NCBI RefSeq assembly: GCF_000315625.1
Contig: NW_005434653.1
Location: 477,745 to 541,744, forward strand
Direction: 5' to 3'
Length of the DNA stretch: 64,000 nt
Source of the DNA: Guillardia theta CCMP2712
Lineage: Eukaryota > Protista > Cryptophyta
Made by a program: the position numbers and the translations under genes. This document shows positions 60,387 to 64,000 of this stretch, piece by piece; position 1 is the first letter of the stretch, and each line of letters starts with the position of its first letter. The notes beneath the pieces are model-generated. The model was not told the origin of the DNA. It did not search any database and worked only from the letters and a program-made list of their open reading frames with translations.

Positions 60387-61154
60387 GTTACAAGTAAGAA
60401 AGTTTCCATGAGTACTAGAGTGCCTGTTTCCGTTACGGTTTATCGGAGCTTGCTAATCAATATAGTACGGCCCACAGCAAACATCATATCATGATGATGA
60501 TACTATCAGTCTACCTTGCGTGACCGGGCCGTCTTGGCACGGGCGGCACGACACTGACACTCGGAGGTTCCGACGGCGAGGCTGAAATCTTCGCACTGCC
60601 GCAAGCCTCGAACCGTTTCAAGACATCATATGATTTGTCATGTTGGAGCCTCCGATCCAACAGTACCCGGCCGCCCAGCCGGGGTTCACTCAGTGAGTCA
60701 CCCGGTGACCGGTGCCCGGCCAGGCCGAGGCTGCCGATTCAAACTGAACGTACTACTACAGGCTACGGAACTAGAAAACTTGACTATAAAATTGAGTGAT
60801 AAGGCTAGAACTTGAGCCTTGGGGAAGTCCGGGGATCACGCGATTAAAAACATTGTAAGCGATTATAAGTGTTTTAGCCTTTGCAGGAACGGTACTCCGA
60901 CCCCTACCCCCAGTAACCTGGACGGGATACGAGGGGTTGTGGTACGACAAGAGACTAGCCTAGTAGGAGTGAGCCCTCATTGATCAGCGAGGAAGCGGCC
61001 GGGAGGGAGGAACCCGAGCAAGGCAATGGGAGGAGGGAGAGGAGGAGGGAGAGGAGGGGGGAGATAACGAGTACAGGACTTAAGGGAGTGCAGAGATGGA
61101 CAGATTCAATCTTCACTTTGTTGACTCGAACTGACGTATCTACTTATCAGCAGG

Positions 61155-62141
61155 ATGGGAAGACCAACAGGATCTGAAGACAACAAAATCATTGGGCTGT
61201 TCTTTGCAAAGACGGTAAAAATGCTGCTGAATCTTAGGGGAAACAAATTGATTGCAATCCAGGTTTTGAAGGAAAATCCCAAAGACGCATCTAAATCCGT
61301 AGCAAGATCCGGATTCTGCTCGGTCTTTGCTGCATTAGCGCGATGCTGTCCATCGGCAGTTCGGAATGAAGATCCCTTTGTGGGGAGATATGGGTTGACC
61401 GAGATGGAATACAACAAGCTGCTCGAGAGACATGGGTTCAGAAAAGTTCGAGCCCGCAAGTCCATCTTCAAGCAGAAGCAAGTCGCTGAGAAATTCCCGA
61501 CAGGTATGTGCAAAGCTGTCTTGCTGGCACTGATGAAGGCCGCAGTGCGTTATTTGTTTGCCGGATGCTGTTGGAAGAACCCAAGAAACGAGGAGGACAA
61601 GAAAGAGTTGGAGAACGGATGGCAGCTGCTTGCAGCTTCGTCTGTGCCATTCAAAGCACAGTGCTCTCTTGGAAAGTTTCTCTCTCTTTGCCAAGAGTTT
61701 CATGATGAGTGGGATGCTTTCAACACTGGCTTTCTTTCTTGCCGCAGCGATGTGCCCTCGCCTATGCAAAGTGCTGTAGTGGACAGCGATTCAGATACCG
61801 AAGGTGAACGACCGACCAAGAGACTTTGTTCCAGGCATGTACGGGAGGAGCTCGCATGCAGCGACTGCGGACATGAGGAGAGCATTGCGGAGTTTGCGAT
61901 GACTTGCGAGCTGCCGATGGAGATGCAGCACCCTGTCGATGTTTTTGATTGCACCGGCATCAATGCGCAGGACCCGCTCTTCGATCAGGACTCAGCACCC
62001 GTCAACCCCACGCAAGACATGCATGGCTTCTGCTTGGAAGATTCTGTTGATAGGCCCCACCTAGACAAGCCCCCTGGTGACGAGTTCGCTGCTCTGTTTG
62101 ATACTCACATGGACCCCAACGACTTAATGGTTGGAAATTAA
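61155..62141 (+). CDS. Hypothetical protein with basic globular N-domain and acidic tail (candidate lineage-specific DNA-binding protein)
   Basis: 328-codon ORF probably containing in-frame 48-nt and 42-nt GT-AG introns; MGRPTG..YGLTEMEYNKLLERHGFRKVRARK..WKNP; NLS-like RPTKR. Confidence 0.6.
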   Translation: MGRPTGSEDNKIIGLFFAKTVKMLLNLRGNKLIAIQVLKENPKDASKSVARSGFCSVFAALARCCPSAVRNEDPFVGRYGLTEMEYNKLLERHGFRKVRARKSIFKQKQVAEKFPTGMCKAVLLALMKAAVRYLFAGCCWKNPRNEEDKKELENGWQLLAASSVPFKAQCSLGKFLSLCQEFHDEWDAFNTGFLSCRSDVPSPMQSAVVDSDSDTEGERPTKRLCSRHVREELACSDCGHEESIAEFAMTCELPMEMQHPVDVFDCTGINAQDPLFDQDSAPVNPTQDMHGFCLEDSVDRPHLDKPPGDEFAALFDTHMDPNDLMVGN

Positions 62142-62169
62142 CTGTATATTGTTTGCTTTAATGATCGCC

Positions 62170-62420
62170 GAGTCCGTTCAGGCGGCCGCAAACTTTGCCC
62201 GGCCAGTGAGGCTTCGGAGCCCGAGGCCGCGGCTTCAACTTGGCTTCCAAGTCTTGGCTTCCAAGTTGACGCCGCAGTGACGGTCGGAGCTGCCATGATT
62301 CAAGGACGGTCTGACTCTGTGAGCCTACTACCGGGTAGCAAGTTACCGTAGTACCGTACCGCGGGCCGGCGGCCCAGTCACGGTCACCGTCACTCACGGT
62401 GCGCGACTCGTTGAAAAGTT
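62170..62420. promoter_or_regulatory. GC island (a similar one lies at 60520-60740)
   Basis: TACCGTAGTACCGTACCG, GTCAC repeats, CCGG/GGCC words. Confidence 0.4.
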
Positions 62421-62690
62421 CAACGGCCGACGAGAGTCCTTACCGAATTGAGAACGATGACTCTATATATCTCTTATTATCTTAAAATCATTGTACGTAT
62501 CTTTTTTTTGTTCAAACTAAAACTCATTTTGTTGTTTGGTAAAAACAAAAAAGAAAAGTCGTTCCTTTCACCACTCAGTTGTTTTTGTTTGACTACTCCG
62601 GAAATAGATCCTGCTGTTTGACTCTCCCTGATCCAGGCATGTTTGAAGTGCTCGCGGCAAGAAGGTGAGAAGGAGGAATAGAGACAAGAG

Positions 62691-62838
62691 GAGAGCAGAT
62701 AAGAGCTGAGCAAGGAGAGAGAGGAGAGGAGGAAGGAGAGTGATGAGGGAGAGAAGAGAGGAGAGCAGATAAGAGCTGAGCAAGGAGAGAGAGGAGAGGA
62801 GGAAGGAGAGTGATGAGGGAGAGAAGAGAGGAGAGCAG
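62691..62838. repeat. 70-bp purine-rich tandem duplication x2.1
   Basis: Copies begin at 62691, 62761 and (partial) 62831. Confidence 0.9.
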
Positions 62839-62918
62839 GAGAGAGTGTGATGAGAGCTAAGCATGGAAAGAGATCACAGAGAGGAAGGGAGAGAATGGGC
62901 AAGAGGTCGGAATTAAGG

Positions 62919-63218
62919 ATGCGTCCTTCAGCACTTGCCAGATGGTTTAGCAGGTGTCCTGACTTGAGTCGCAGCTTGGGCAGCGTTGGGGCTGTGAACG
63001 TCATGTATCCAGAGCCTTACTTCCTGTCGGAGAAGTCTCATCGACGGGAGGGAGTGACAAAATCTTCTTGCAACAACGTCACCGACATGGTCGGCAAAGG
63101 CTGTATGGTCCCATCGGGATATGCCTACGGCATTGGAACCAACCGCCAAACGTTCGGTGGCGATTACGGTCCCGAGACCTACAATGTTGGTGACATCTGG
63201 GGCGGACGACAGGAGTGA
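62919..63218 (+). CDS. Small hypothetical G/Y-rich protein; start uncertain
   Basis: Coding-like MYPEPYFLSEKSHRREG..GYAYGIGTNRQTFGGDYGPETYNVGDIWGGRQE*. Confidence 0.4.
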   Translation: MRPSALARWFSRCPDLSRSLGSVGAVNVMYPEPYFLSEKSHRREGVTKSSCNNVTDMVGKGCMVPSGYAYGIGTNRQTFGGDYGPETYNVGDIWGGRQE

Positions 63219-63304
63219 TGGGCGCTTGCTCGTTTCACAACTGACCAATCGCTGGGCAAAAACTCAATTGGATCTTTGGGATGGTTTTAATATACAGCTC
63301 TTGT

Positions 63305-64000
63305 CATTGACCTTTGATCTCTGAAACAATAAAATTCAAGGGGATCGCTACAGTTGCTCCCAACGAAACGCCCAGCAGCAGAGCGACCTGTGGAAGACTA
63401 TCAGCTTCTCCTCTTTTTGACTCTTCGTGTTGCGTGCTAATACCACCATGATGTACCCCGCATGCTCTCGTTCTCTGACAGATCCGATGTCTGTTGATGC
63501 AGCAATCGGCTTGAATCTGATGAACAAGAATTTCGAGCGATACCTGGATTGAAGGACAAGCAAGCTTGTGGAGCGTAAGTCATACATACAACGGAGAGAG
63601 CTCCGTTTGAGTATCCTAAAGCCTTCGGAAACAATCAGACAATCCCTGGCAGCAAAGCTTCTTCTGCCAGCATACAGCAGTCGTGAAAAACAGCATAAGA
63701 TCACTGCGTATTGCATCGCCCCCTGCGAGTGATTGTCAACAAATTCTTGATACTCAAAGGATCGATATGGTACCAAACACCATGAAGGAAGGAATGAAAA
63801 CAACTCTCAGGTACGACATTCCGAGCAGCTGAGCAGTCCTGTCACATCCAAAGAAAGCAAGTTCACTCTACTCAACTTGCCGTCGGCATTCCATCCTCAA
63901 TGATAGAGTACAACGAGCCTTTTGATTTTTTCCGGAAAAGTCGTGATATCGGAGCCCCCGTTGCATTGCCCAACGTGTCTGTTGCAGCATATATAGATAC
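63305..64000 (-). CDS. 3' portion of a multi-exon hypothetical gene running off the window
   Basis: Coding-like segments separated by short introns, ending in a hydrophobic tail (VALLLGVSLGATVAIPLNFIVSEIKGQ*). Confidence 0.4.

Overview
Gene-dense eukaryotic nuclear DNA, most consistent with a cryptophyte alga (Guillardia theta-like). The basis is signal-peptide+ASAF plastid presequences, a red-lineage LHC, ~45-50 nt GT-AG introns with CTGAC-type branch sites, and microsatellite-expanded introns. About 21 intron-containing protein genes are present: TTC29, a KIF15-like kinesin, a thylakoid-lumen FKBP, a catalytically dead MCMDC2-like protein, ODAD3/CCDC151, a SPRY protein, sialate O-acetylesterase, a PDZ-PX-BACK protein, a chlorophyll a/c LHC, a pseudokinase-PARP fusion, a BCCIP/Bcp1 homologue, a giant coiled-coil protein, an Erf4/CHIC-like protein, a SulP/SLC26 transporter, a beta-helix protein and several orphans. 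There are three assembly gaps. I could not support any RNA gene, CRISPR array or intact transposon. Best leads: (1) two proteins (Bcp1 and the beta-helix protein) with a signal peptide, no ASAF, and a ubiquitin-tail-like LRGG/LRGAG near residue 47, suggesting import to the periplastid/nucleomorph compartment; (2) the pseudokinase-PARP fusion; (3) the MCMDC2-like meiotic gene; (4) PDZ-PX-BACK without BTB; (5) strict strand alternation of the first 14 genes, with recurrent palindromic GC islands upstream of gene starts. All exon boundaries and family calls are manual and were not database-checked.
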